A DNA stretch of 64,000 bases from assembly GCA_963726045.1 (NCBI GenBank), contig CAVSAZ010000011.1:402252-466251 (forward strand), given 5' to 3'. Source of the DNA: an uncultured Pseudomonadota bacterium (GTDB lineage Bacteria > Pseudomonadota > Gammaproteobacteria > Steroidobacterales > Steroidobacteraceae). Below the pieces are notes generated by a model. It searched no databases and was not told the origin of the DNA. It saw nothing but the letters and a program-made list of their open reading frames with translations. Positions 21,401 to 32,050 of the stretch are shown here, in pieces. The translations under genes were made by a program, and so were the position numbers. Within the stretch, counting starts at the first letter, position 1, and each line of letters starts with the position of its first letter.

Positions 21401-24287
21401 CGACGGCTCGTCCCGGCCGCGGCTTGCCGTCGAGCCCGAGCGCGACCACCCGAAAACGCAGCTGACCCGGGCTGCCGATCCAACTCTCGGGACGGATGCC
21501 CAGACTGATCGCCGCGGGAAGCAGCCGCACGTATCCGGCGGCGGTCATGAGCTCACCGTCGGCGTCCGCATACTCGAGCTCCGCTGTCAGACGGGATGGC
21601 TCGTGGATCGCCGGCACATGCGACAGAAGGAAGCGTTGCGAGCCGGCGCCATCCAATGTCAGCGGAATGGTGCTGGTCCTCGCCGTCTGCGCAGCCGATT
21701 GGTCCGGGTCGAAATCGAAGTCGGCAGGCCCTTGCCCGAGGGTCGTGATGCCCTCCGCGACCGGATTGCCGCCGAATACGTAGTCCGAGTACCCGGGAAA
21801 CTGCATCGGCTCCGGCTCGATGAGCGTTCGCACCTTGACCGGCAAGCCCGCAGCGCCTCCGCCGGAGAGATACGCGACGTGAAGGTCCAACGGCACTTCA
21901 CGCGGGGCGACCAGCGGCTGCGCCGGAACCACGACACTGCCGCGCATCGACGGCAGACGGAACTGCTCGACTTTGAATTCCGCACTCTCCTGCTCATCGA
22001 TCAGAACGGCGTAGTCGCCCAGCTTTGCCTCGGGAGGGATCTTCCACTGCGACGTCGCGATTCCGTTGCCGTCGAAGACCGCCTCCCAGGTGTATTGCTG
22101 CCCGCTCCCCAGGTGCCGGACAGTGATTCCGTGTGGTCCCGAGGCGCCGGGTTGAATGGCCACGCCAGCCGACACGTGCCGGCGGAGGAAGTGCTGCATC
22201 GAGACGGTCTCACCCGCGCGAAACAGCGACCGGTCGAGCACGGTGTGATAGATGCCGGCCGAATCACCCCCGCCCGCGGGCAGGCCGAACTCATACGGCC
22301 CGATTCCCTGGTTCCAGGTCGACTCCGTGAACGTGAAATCCGCTCCGGACTTGGCGAGCACGAGCAGTGGATGATGGGGATTCCACACACAGCCCTGATA
22401 TCCCGAGGGATCGCCCAACGATTCGGTCACCGTTACAGTGCCATCGCTGCCGGTGCGGCCCTGCCATAAGGTGTCGCTGTCACAGAAATCGCTGATTGCA
22501 ACGGCGGCGCCGGCAACGGGCTGTCCGGTACTGAGGCGGGTGACCCAAACGAGCGAGCTCTCACGCCCCCAGAGAAAGTGCACCGCAAGGTCGGTGACCA
22601 GCGCGGATGTCGCAACGTAACGTGTCTGGCCGGCGCCTAGCGTGGCCGCACCGAGCTCCCGGCTCGAGAGCTCCACGACATAGAAGCCCGGCTGCCCGAG
22701 CGGTATGCCGACAACTTCTTCCGGCCGCCGCCCTTCCGGCTTGGTGACGGTGAAAGCCGTAGTCGTATCGGGGGAGCCGAATACCGAGACATTGCCGGTG
22801 GTATCGCGCCACACCCGACGCGGTCGGCTCACGCCCTCCCCGGCCTCGGCAAATTCCTGATCCACGAGCTTCGGCTTGAGACCTCTGGGATTGCCGACCG
22901 TGTCGGCCGTCACCCAATCGCCCGTGGGCCGTGCGGCATCCTCGACTCGTTTCAGCCAGTTCACGATCGTGCCGGTGTCGGCGTCGACGCGGAGAATCTT
23001 CCCTGGCAGCCGGGTCTTACGGGCGCTGAGAACGGGCTCGACGTCACGCAGGGTCACCGGCAGAACTCCGCCCTCGGCCGCCTCGAGAATGCCGAAAGTG
23101 CCGGAAAATTTGGCCAACGGAGGGTAAGCGTCGATGCGCACCCAGAGAGGAAAGCGCGCGGCATTCTCGAGCTTCCGTCCCACATCATCGGCGAACGCGG
23201 CCGGAAGGATTACGGTGACCACCGCTAGCTCCGGGAGCGGGGCCGGGAAGGTCACCTCCTCCACCGTCGGGACTTGCGGGTTACCCGTGGCGGTCGGCAG
23301 CAACAGCTTGCCGTCCGCGGTTCTGATACGGATGCCCATGGCCAACGCGCGCGGCACGGGCGCGGTGAACGTGAGTGAAACGGGTTGTACCGGAGCACAG
23401 CCTGCCCGAGGGTTGGTACGGGTGCATTCCACCTGCGCAATGAATGCGGGGCGTACCCGAAAGGCGAGTTGCTGATCCTCACGGGTCGCGATGCCTGACA
23501 GCGAGGCGATGCCCCTGCCCCAATGCAACAGCACGCGCGTGCCCGGCGGCAGCCTGCGCTTGCATTGCACTACGGCGAGCAGGGCTTCCCGTTGCTCCAT
23601 CGCCCGATTGCGCGCGCGGATGTGCGACACCAGGCCATCCTTCCAGAGCAGCCACAGGTAGTCGTAGCCGAGCGCGCTTCGTTCCGCGAGAATCCGCTGC
23701 CGCGCCGCGCCGGTCAGTACTCGTACCGGAATACGCTCCGCGAGCCCGTCGACGGCGCAATAGGCATGCGCCGCAATCGAGGCTCGACTCGCCTGCGCGT
23801 CGAGGCGCAGGAGGAACACCTGCTCCTCATCGATCTCGGCCCAGCCGTCGTGCGGCAGCGATCCGACGATCGCCGGGCCACCGGTCTCGAAGTGAAAGCT
23901 CCTCGGGCCCGCGACGGGCGCTCCGCTCGCGGACTCGAGGCCGGGCTTCAACGTGAAGCGGCAGCGAACTCCCGCATCGAGATCCGCATCGAAATCGTAA
24001 ACCCAGTCCCTGGTGTCAGCCCATCGACCCTTGCCGGTCGCCGGACAACTCACCGTGAAGGGAGCGGCAAGTCGTGGATCACCGAGCGCGACCATCGAGG
24101 CACTGAAGCTGACGACGACCTGGCGCACCTGCCGTACATACCCGTGCGGCGAGAACGACTCGACGCGCACCGTCGCACGCGGGACACGCGCGTCGCCGGC
24201 CGCAACCGAGCTCGAGGCCGCAAGATGCAGTATGACGAGAGCTCCGAGCGCCGCGAAGCTGCACCCACGAGCGAGCGGGTATCGCAT
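18413..24287 (-). CDS. yfhM: bacterial alpha-2-macroglobulin family protein (YfhM-like), thioester type; one frame change near 18905
   Basis: The 1919-aa ORF 18528..24287 is joined by the true C-terminus in ORF 18413..18982 (GAPWVMVRARAAIPLRQPL...FDGYRAYYELMPKGHWSVEYTVRF). The thioester motif PYTCLEQ is at 19782-19793. The gene is upstream of and coupled to pbpC. Confidence 0.9.
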
Positions 24288-24445
24288 GTTTCCTCCGCAC
24301 CTACTATCGTGCCGTTGAGGCTCAGTTGACGCGAGGATTCTGGCGAGCGCGCAGCAGGAAAATGACGAATTCTGGCGCCCTCTCTTGACTTCGAGCGGCC
24401 AGCCGCTGACACTTATGTAAATACTTAACTAATGGAGCCGACGAC

Positions 24446-25090
24446 GTGTCGCTGGAACTGTTTCTGCACCCTCTCTCCTCGTACTGCCACAAAGTGCTGA
24501 TCGCCTTCTACGACAACGACATTCCGTTCGAGGTGAAGCGGGTCGATGACCCGGCGGTCGCCCGCGAGTGGGGAGAACTGTCGCCGCTGAGGAAATTCCC
24601 GCTGCTTCGCGACTCCAAACGGAACCAGGTCGTTCCGGAGTCGACGATCATCATCGAGTACCTGGACACCCACTACCCGGGTCGGACCAGGCTGCTGCCG
24701 CGCGATCCGGATCTGGCGTGGCAGGTACGGGCGCGGGATCGCTTCTGCGACAACTACCTGCACAATGCCGTGCAGACTTTCGCTGGCGACAGCCTCCGGC
24801 CGCAAGGCAGCAAGGACCCCTACGGAGTGGAGCAGGCGAAGGCAGCGTTCGTCAAAGCGCTCGGCGTGGTCGATGCAGAGATGGCGCACAAGACCTGGGC
24901 CATGGGCGATGCTTTCACCCTGGCCGACTGTGCGGCCGCGCCGGCGATCTATTATGGCAACCGCTTCTTCGGGCCGTTCCGGCAGACGCATCCCAGCGCC
25001 ATCGCCTATCTGGACCGCCTGATGGCGCGTCCCTCCTACGCGCGTGCGTTGGAGGAGGCGAAGCCGTTCATGCACCTGTTGCCGAAGTAG
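24446..25090 (+). CDS. glutathione S-transferase family protein
   Basis: Intact 214-aa ORF with a GTG start. The N-terminal thioredoxin-like part is LFLHPLSSYCHKVLIAF...KFPLLRD...VPESTIIIEYL and the C-terminal helical domain contains FTLADCAAAP. Confidence 0.8.
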   Translation: MSLELFLHPLSSYCHKVLIAFYDNDIPFEVKRVDDPAVAREWGELSPLRKFPLLRDSKRNQVVPESTIIIEYLDTHYPGRTRLLPRDPDLAWQVRARDRFCDNYLHNAVQTFAGDSLRPQGSKDPYGVEQAKAAFVKALGVVDAEMAHKTWAMGDAFTLADCAAAPAIYYGNRFFGPFRQTHPSAIAYLDRLMARPSYARALEEAKPFMHLLPK

Positions 25091-25112
25091 CGGCGATAAC
25101 GGGGCCGCGGGC

Positions 25113-26045
25113 TCAGGCGAAGTCGGGGGCCCCGGCGGTGACGATGCTGTTCTTGCCGGTGGATTTGGCGCGCTTCAGTGCCGCGCGGCAACCCTTGAGC
25201 AGCGCCTCGAGCGGCATGTCGCGCTCCGGCACGAGGCTCGCCACACCGGCGCTGATCGTGAGATAGCGTCCCGAGCCGTTGCGCGGATGATGGATCAGGA
25301 GATCGCGCACCCGCTGCGCAACGACCTGCGCGTATTGCGGCGCTTTCTGCGCCGCATCCCCCTGCGTGAGCGCCGCGATCGACCCGCCGTCCCAACGGCC
25401 GACCAGGTCGCCGCCACGCCGGTAGGATGCGCCGACGACACGAGCGACACGCCGGATGCAGGCATCGCCGGCATTCTTGTCGAACGTGTCGTTGTAGGTG
25501 GCAAGATCGTCGATGTCGAAGATCGTGAGCGCGATCTCGTGCGAATCGCGCTGCGCGAGCAGCCAGTCGCGCAGCAGCAGCTCCTCGAAATAGGCGCGCG
25601 AGTGCAGGCCCGTCAGCCGGTCCTCCCGCAGCCAGGAGGGCAGGCCCTGGGCGTTTTTCTCGTCCCCTTTGAGTCTCTCGCTGGCATCGCGGAAGTAGGC
25701 GACGAAATGAGTCAGCTCGCCGGAGGGATTACGCACCGGTTGCAGCACCACCTCGTTCCAGAAGAGCGACCCGTCCGGACGATAGTTGCGCATCAGCACG
25801 CGCGCGGCCTCGCCCCGCTCCACCGCCTCGCGCAGGCGGTGCCGCCCGTCCTGGTCGCGATCGCCGCCCTGGAGGATGCGCAGGTTCTTGCCCACCAGGG
25901 CATCGAGCGCATAGCCGCTCATGGCGGTGAAGGCGCGGTTGGCGTAGATGACCGGATGGTCGGCGGCCACGGCGTCGCAAACCACGACGCCCTCGGGGGA
26001 GCTGTCGAGGACCTTGCGCCAGGCATCGGCCGACCAGTTGTTCAT
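25113..26045 (-). CDS. LOV-like PAS domain protein fused to a degenerate GGDEF domain
   Basis: Intact 310-aa ORF. The PAS core is VVVCDAVAADHPVIYANRAFTAMSGYALDALVGKNLRILQG...NYRPDGSLFWNEV...HFVAYFRD. The GGDEF-family part is RLTGLHSRAYF...IFDIDDLATYND...GRWDGGSIAAL...ISAGVA...ALKRAKSTGKNS. Confidence 0.85.
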   Translation of the reverse strand: MNNWSADAWRKVLDSSPEGVVVCDAVAADHPVIYANRAFTAMSGYALDALVGKNLRILQGGDRDQDGRHRLREAVERGEAARVLMRNYRPDGSLFWNEVVLQPVRNPSGELTHFVAYFRDASERLKGDEKNAQGLPSWLREDRLTGLHSRAYFEELLLRDWLLAQRDSHEIALTIFDIDDLATYNDTFDKNAGDACIRRVARVVGASYRRGGDLVGRWDGGSIAALTQGDAAQKAPQYAQVVAQRVRDLLIHHPRNGSGRYLTISAGVASLVPERDMPLEALLKGCRAALKRAKSTGKNSIVTAGAPDFA

Positions 26046-26058
26046 TCTCTTTCGCTCG

Positions 26059-27109
26059 TCATCGTCCCGAATCCAGTTTGAGCACAGGCGCCGCGGCGCA
26101 ACGCTGCAGCCACTCCTGTGCTCTCGGCCACTCCGGGCGATTCTTGAGGTCCTGCGGGTTCCAGTCGCCGCGCCCGTGAAGTCTCACGAGACGCAAGCCC
26201 GAGGCAGGCTCGGGCTCCACCGCGCAGGCGAGCCAGCAACTCGAGCACCGCGGCGCGCTGATTGCACACCGGTAACATGTCGCAACCCGCCGACAGTGCC
26301 CGGGTGGCCCGGGTCACGACGTCTCCGTAGGCAGCCGCAGCCCCTCCCATCGACAGGTCGTCGGCGAACACTACCCCCTGGAATCGCATCTCTCCGCGTA
26401 ATACGTCGCGAATCCAGCGCGCCGACAGGCTGGAGGGCGCTTCGTCCACCGCGGGAAACACGATGTGGGCCACCATGACGGCCGGCAGCCCGTTGGCGAT
26501 CAGCCGCCGGTAGGGAGCCAGGTCAGCCGTCATGTCAGCCAGCTCCCGCCTGTCCACAGGCAGCGTCAAATGGGAGTCGGCGACGACCGCTCCATGGCCC
26601 GGGTAGTGCTTCGCCGTCGCGGCCATCCCGGCATCCCGCATGCCGTGCGCATAAGCCGTCGCCAGCGCGCCTACCGCATCCGGATTGCTGTGGAATGCGC
26701 GATCTGTGATGAAGCTCACCCCGTAGTCGATGTCGACGCAGGGAGCGAACGAAAGGTCGACACCGCGGGCGCGCAGCTCCGCGGCCATGAGCCAACCCAT
26801 GCTGCGGGCCAGCTCCAGCCCGGCGCGGGCATTGGCGTCGTACTCGTGGCCGATCCGTCGCGCTGCGGGCAGGGCGGAGAAGCCGGCGCGAAACCGCTGC
26901 ACGCGCCCGCCCTCGTGATCGACCGCCACGATGAGCGGCGGGCTGCGCGCGGCATGGATTGCCGCCACCAACGCCGCGAGCTGCTCCGGATCGGTGTAAT
27001 TGCGTGTGAACAGGATCACACCCCCGACCAGGGGATGGCGGAGCATCTCCCGCTCCTCGGCGGTCATGGAGGTGCCCTCCAGATCGATCATGAGAGGCCC
27101 GAGGGTCAT
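26059..27109 (-). CDS. nagZ: beta-N-acetylhexosaminidase NagZ, frame change near 26225
   Basis: ATG 27109 (MTLGPLMIDLEG) lies in ORF 26042..27244, with VAVDHEGGRVQRF, KHYPGHGAV and DDLSM. The plausible tail VEPEPASGLRLVRLHGRGDWNPQDL...LKLDSGR is in another frame and ends at TGA 26059-26061. The start overlaps the rlmD stop (ATGA). Confidence 0.85.
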
Positions 27110-28459
27110 GGCCGCTCGAGGAGCGCCATCGATTCGACGTGCGCGGTGTGGGGGAACATGTCGACGACTCCGGCTGATTCGAGGATGAATCCGTGCTCGT
27201 GTACCAGGACCGCCACATCCCGCGCCAGGCTGCCCGGATGGCACGAGACGTACAACACCCGCTCCGGGGCGAGCGCGGCAATGGCGGCGAGCATTTCGGG
27301 CGCGGCACCGACCCGCGGGGGATCGAGCAGCACGTGGGTATACGGCCCACGGAGCCAGCCCGACGGCGGCTCCGTCGGTTTGCCGAGGTCACCCACATGG
27401 AATTCCAGGTTGGAGAGCCCGTTGCGGCGTGCGTTGTGGCGGGCCCGCTCCACCAGACCGGCCGCGCCTTCCACTCCCACGACATGACCGGCGGACCTGG
27501 CGAGCGCCAGGGTGAAGTTACCGAGCCCGCAGTAGAGATCGAGCACCCGCGACTGCGCGTTGGGCCGCAAAAGCTCCAGCGCGCGTGTGACCAGCGCTCT
27601 GATTCACCGCGCCGTTCACCTGCACGAAGTCCGTAGGCGCGAAATCGAGGGTGAGATCGAAGGCCGGCAGCGCGTAGTTGAGCGCTACCGCGTCCACGCC
27701 TGCGGCAACCGCCAGCTCCTCGATGGAGTCGAGTCCGCCGCTCTGCAGAAAGAGCCGGAGCGCGTGCTGCGCCGCAAAGGCGCGCAACTTCTCCTGGTCC
27801 CGCTCGCTCGGCTGCTGCAATACACGCAGCACCAGTGCGGTGGCGTTGTCCGCCACCGCCACTTCGATCTGCGGCACCTGCTGGCGTATGTCGAGCTCAC
27901 CCAGGAGCTCGGCGAGAGGCTGAACCAGGGCGCCCATGGGCGCGGCCAGCACCTCGCAGCGCTGGACATCGGCCACGTAGGGCGCCAGGCGCTCGCGAAA
28001 TCCGACGACCACCTTCCCTTTCTTCGGCACGTACTTCGCTCCCAGCCGTGCCCGCCTGCGGTAACCCCACTCCGGCCCGCGCAAAGGGGGCAGCCACGTC
28101 CGGCACTGCACACGTGCGACTCTCGCCAGGTTGTCACGCAGCTCCTGCTCCTTCAGGCTCAGTTGCGCCTCCGGTGCGAGATGCTGCAGGGCACAGCCAC
28201 CGCAAACTCCAAAATGCGCGCAGCGGGGTGTCACCCGCTCCGCCGCCGGCCGCAGCACTTCCAACAGCCGGCCTTCATCGTGCTGCCGATGCTTGCGCGT
28301 GCGCTCGAAGCTGACGGTCTCACCGGGGAGCGCGCCCGGCACGAAGACCGTCTTGCCGGCGCGAACGATCCCTTCGCCTTCGTGCGTCAGGCCGACGACA
28401 TCAGCCGTCTCCCGCTCGCCGCGCCCTGCGACGACCCGCACCGCCGCGCGGTCGCTCAA
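27106..28459 (-). CDS. rlmD: 23S rRNA (uracil1939-C5)-methyltransferase RlmD, frame change near 27590
   Basis: ORF 27518..28459 has the TRAM N-terminus and the Cys cluster CAHFGVCGGCALQH. ORF 27106..27570 holds the SAM-methyltransferase part VLDLYCGLGNFTLALA...LLDPPRVGA...YVSCHP. Confidence 0.85.
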
Positions 28460-29232
28460 GCGCCACCTTCCCAGACGCGCAGGAATTCCGCCAGATGCTG
28501 CTCTTTCCCGGCGCGCAGCAGCGCCTTGGCGCGCTCGATCTCCTCCGCGTACCGCTCCCGGGTCAGCCGGCCCCGCAGCAGCTCGAAGCGCAGGTACACG
28601 AGATAGGTGTTGAGCACGTCCGTCTCGCAGTAGCGCCTGATGCCGACCAGATCGCCCTCGAGGTAGGCATCCCAGACCTGCGCGCCGGAGAAACCGAGCT
28701 TGCCGGGCAGCCCCAGCAGGCAGGCCACGTTGGCCAGCGACACTCTGCCCCGCGCCTGGAAACCCGAGAGCACATCCATCAGGTCGATGTGCCGCCAGTG
28801 GAAGCGGCCGAGGTAATTGTTGTGACGGAACGCGTGATCGCCGTCACCCGTTTCCCAGTAGCGCGGCGCCTGCACGCCCGCGAGCAGCCCGCGATAGTTC
28901 AGCACCGGCAGATCGAACCCGGACCCGTTCCATGACACGAGATCCGGCGAGAACTTCTCGAGCCCATCGAAGAAGCGCTCGATGAGCTCCGCCTCCGAGG
29001 ACTCCAGGTCGCCGAGGCTCCAGACCTTGAGCCCGTCGCGGCTGCGCAGCACGCAGGAAATCGCGACCACGCGGTGTTGCTCCAGCGGCAGAAACTCCCC
29101 GCCCGAATCCTGCCGCCGCAATGCGAACATCGCCTTGGCGACCTCCGCGTCCGGCAATCCCTCGAGTCCGTACAGTCGCCGCCCGAGCGCCACGTCCGGC
29201 ACGGTCTCGATGTCGAACACCAGACTATTCAC
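28456..29232 (-). CDS. predicted 3'-5' exonuclease related to the PolB exonuclease domain (COG3298-like)
   Basis: Intact 258-aa ORF. It carries VFDIETVPD (ExoI-like DxE), LVSWNGSGFDLPVL (ExoII-like) and YCETDVLNTYLVYL (ExoIII-like YxxxD). The GTG start overlaps the acpS TGA. Confidence 0.7.
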   Translation of the reverse strand: MNSLVFDIETVPDVALGRRLYGLEGLPDAEVAKAMFALRRQDSGGEFLPLEQHRVVAISCVLRSRDGLKVWSLGDLESSEAELIERFFDGLEKFSPDLVSWNGSGFDLPVLNYRGLLAGVQAPRYWETGDGDHAFRHNNYLGRFHWRHIDLMDVLSGFQARGRVSLANVACLLGLPGKLGFSGAQVWDAYLEGDLVGIRRYCETDVLNTYLVYLRFELLRGRLTRERYAEEIERAKALLRAGKEQHLAEFLRVWEGGA

Positions 29233-29619
29233 GATGCGGCCGCCTTCATCAGAACGGCGACGGCTACGACCAGCCCCGCCTCATCCGTCAGCGTCACATG
29301 CCCCTCTCCCACTCCCAACCCCTTCCTCACCCGCTCCCCCCGCGCCGAGAACACCACCTCCGGCTTCCCCCAGGCGTTCTGCACGACTCCCACATCCCTG
29401 ATCCAAACCCCGTGCGCGAACCCCGTCCCCATCGCCTTCACGATCGCCTCCTTGGCCGCGAAGCGCATCGCGATGAAGCGCTCGCGCCGCTGCGTCCGCG
29501 CGAGCTGCGCCTGCTCCTCCGGCATCAGCAGGCGCTCGATGAAATGCTCACCGAACCGCTCCAGCGTCGTCCCTGATCCGCTTGACTTCGAGGACATCCA
29601 CTCCGATTCCGAAGATCAT
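29229..29619 (-). CDS. acpS: holo-[acyl-carrier-protein] synthase, frame change near 29575
   Basis: [16 protein letters not shown] (end of ORF 29548..30075, ATG 29619 overlapping the pdxJ TGA) continues as ...[17 protein letters not shown]...[14 protein letters not shown]...[14 protein letters not shown] in ORF 29229..29597. Confidence 0.8.
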
Positions 29620-30350
29620 GCGCGCGCCGCCGTCATCAGCGCCTTCATGTCCCGCACCGCCGCCGTCAGCCCGTCGAACACCGCCCGCGAGATGATCGCG
29701 TGCCCGATGTTGAGCTCCACGATCTCGCGGATCGCCGCCACCGGCTGCACGTTGTGGTAATTCAACCCGTGCCCCGCATGCACCTCGAGTCCGAGGCCCG
29801 CCCCCAGCCGCGCGCACCGCAGCAGGCGCTCCAGCTCCGTCGCCTTCGCCGCCCCCGCGGCCTCCGCGTACGCCCCCGTATGCAGCTCGATGGCCGGCGC
29901 CCCCACCCGCGCCGCCGCCTCCACCTGCCGCGGCTCCGGATCGATGAAGAGCGACACCCTGACGCCCTGCTCCACGAGCCTGCCGGTCGCTTCCTGCATC
30001 CGAGCTTCCTGCCCCGCCACATCCAACCCTCCCTCGGTGGTCACTTCCTGCCGTTTCTCCGGCACGAAGCAGCAATCCTCGGGTCGCACCTCCGCGGCAA
30101 GCCGCAACATCTCATCCGTCACGGCCATCTCGAGGTTCATGTGGGTCTTCAACAATCCCTGCAGCGTCCTGACATCGCAGTCCTGGATGTGCCGGCGGTC
30201 CTCTCTGAGGTGCAGCGTAATGCTGTCCGCTCCCGCCATTTCCGCCACCAGTGCCGCCTGCACCGGATCCGGCTCCTTCCCCCGGCGCGCCTGCCGCAGG
30301 GTAGCCACGTGATCAATGTTGATGCCGAGCGCGATGTACGAAGCAGCCAC
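29616..30350 (-). CDS. pdxJ: pyridoxine 5'-phosphate synthase
   Basis: Intact 244-aa ORF with [37 protein letters not shown] and HAGHGLNY. Confidence 0.9.
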   Translation of the reverse strand: MAASYIALGINIDHVATLRQARRGKEPDPVQAALVAEMAGADSITLHLREDRRHIQDCDVRTLQGLLKTHMNLEMAVTDEMLRLAAEVRPEDCCFVPEKRQEVTTEGGLDVAGQEARMQEATGRLVEQGVRVSLFIDPEPRQVEAAARVGAPAIELHTGAYAEAAGAAKATELERLLRCARLGAGLGLEVHAGHGLNYHNVQPVAAIREIVELNIGHAIISRAVFDGLTAAVRDMKALMTAARA

Positions 30351-30378
30351 CGATCATCTCCGGTAAAGCGGGCACAAT

Positions 30379-31143
30379 TCAGTCGGATGGTGATTCTGAG
30401 GCACTACGCCTGAGCACGCGACCCCCACGAGAGGCCACCGCACGAGCGACTCTGCGGGTGGTCAGCTCCTTCCCCTCCAGCCTCTCCGCCAGCGCCGCCT
30501 GCAGTACCTTGCGCGCATCTTCCAGCGTGCGCCCTTCCCCGAGCTCCTCCCGGGCCAGCGCGAAGAGCGAGCTGCCGGCAACTGCGTCCGCATCCCTGTC
30601 CCGCGCCGGAATCAGCCCCACGGATGCCTTGAACCGGTAGAACCCCGCCGCCTCAATCGCCTTGCCCGCCCCCGCCTCCGAGGTCAGATCGACCCCATAC
30701 CCCGCCGCCTCGAGCAGCCTCTTCTCGAACACCCGCAGGACCGCCTCGACCCGGCCTGCCGCCCGCAGCCCCGAGAGCGCCCGCCGATAATCCTCGAACA
30801 CCTCCGGCACCGGATCATGCCGCGCCGTGAGCTTCAGCAGCAGCTCATTGAGGTAGAACCCCGACATCAGGCTGGCCGCGGGCAGAGCCGGCGCGTTCTC
30901 CGCGGCCTCCGCAGCCGTGAGCTGCCCCGCTTCCCTTCCCGTGTGGAACGACAGCAGCAGCAAATCGAACGGCTGCAACACCCCGCCGAACCGCGGCTTC
31001 GGCCCTCGCACCCCCCGCGCGAACAGCGTCAACCGCCCATGATCGCGCGTCAGCACCTCGAGAATCCGGCTGGTATCCCGGTATGGCCGATGGTGCAGGA
31101 TGTACCCCGGCGCCAGCAGAACGCGGCGGGGATGGGCCGTCAT
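30379..31143 (-). CDS. recO: DNA repair protein RecO
   Basis: ATG 31143 (MTAHPRRVLLAPGYILHHRPYRDTSRILEVLTRDHGRLTLFARG) lies in ORF 30379..31185. The frame is intact and the position between era and pdxJ is canonical. Confidence 0.85.
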   Translation of the reverse strand: MTAHPRRVLLAPGYILHHRPYRDTSRILEVLTRDHGRLTLFARGVRGPKPRFGGVLQPFDLLLLSFHTGREAGQLTAAEAAENAPALPAASLMSGFYLNELLLKLTARHDPVPEVFEDYRRALSGLRAAGRVEAVLRVFEKRLLEAAGYGVDLTSEAGAGKAIEAAGFYRFKASVGLIPARDRDADAVAGSSLFALAREELGEGRTLEDARKVLQAALAERLEGKELTTRRVARAVASRGGRVLRRSASESPSD

Positions 31144-31150
31144 CTCGCTA

Positions 31151-32050
31151 TTACTCCAGCCCCAACTCCCGCAGCGCCCGGGCATTGTCCGCCCAGTTCT
31201 CCCGCACTTTCACCCAGAGAGTGATGTGCAGCCGCTTGCCGAGCAGCCCGTTGAGCGCCAGCCGCGCGGAGGTGCCGACACGTTTCAACCGTTCCCCTTT
31301 CGCTCCGATGACGATCGGTTTCTGGCCCTCGCGATCCACCCAGATGGCCGCATCGACCATGAGCTGGCCGTCCTCCTCGGCGAGCTTTTCCACCTCCACG
31401 GCGATTCCGTACGGCACCTCCTGATTGAGCTCCAGGGTCAGCTTCTCGCGAATCATCTCCGCGATGCGAAACTGAATGCCGCGATCGGTGAGCTCCCCTT
31501 CGGGGAAGAGCGGTGCCGAAACCGGCAGGTGGGCCACGATCGCCTGGCGCAGGTCATCGAGATTCCTCTCCTTGAGCGCCGAGACCGGCACCAGCGCCAG
31601 GAATGCGTGGCGGCTATCGAGCTCCGCCAGATAAGGCAGCAGCCGCTCGCGCGGCTTGGCGCGATCGACCTTGTTGACCGCGACCAACACCGGCCTGCCC
31701 GAGCGCGCGATGCGGTTCAGCACCAGCTCATCCTCCGCGGTCCAGACGAGCGCCTCCACCACGAATACCACGAGATCGGCATCGTCGAGAGCCGTGGTCG
31801 CGGTCCGGTTCATCGCTTTGTTGAGCGCGCGCTTCGCCTGACTGTGGAGTCCCGGCGTATCGACGAACGCGATCTGGGCGTGCGGCAATTGCAGCAGCCC
31901 GATGATCCGATGGCGCGTCGTTTGCGGTCGGGGCGTGACGATGCTCAGCTTCTGCCCCACGAGCGCGTTGAGCAGCGTCGACTTGCCGACATTCGGGCGT
32001 CCCACGAGCGCAGCGAAACCACAGCGAAAATCGGTGGCGGGCTCAGTCAC
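31151..32050 (-). CDS. era: GTPase Era
   Basis: GTG 32050 overlaps the rnc stop. The ORF has GRPNVGKSTLLN, DTPG, NKVD and a KH domain (EVPYGIAVEVEK...IIGAKG). The frame is intact within ORF 31151..32311. Confidence 0.9.
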   Translation of the reverse strand: MTEPATDFRCGFAALVGRPNVGKSTLLNALVGQKLSIVTPRPQTTRHRIIGLLQLPHAQIAFVDTPGLHSQAKRALNKAMNRTATTALDDADLVVFVVEALVWTAEDELVLNRIARSGRPVLVAVNKVDRAKPRERLLPYLAELDSRHAFLALVPVSALKERNLDDLRQAIVAHLPVSAPLFPEGELTDRGIQFRIAEMIREKLTLELNQEVPYGIAVEVEKLAEEDGQLMVDAAIWVDREGQKPIVIGAKGERLKRVGTSARLALNGLLGKRLHITLWVKVRENWADNARALRELGLE

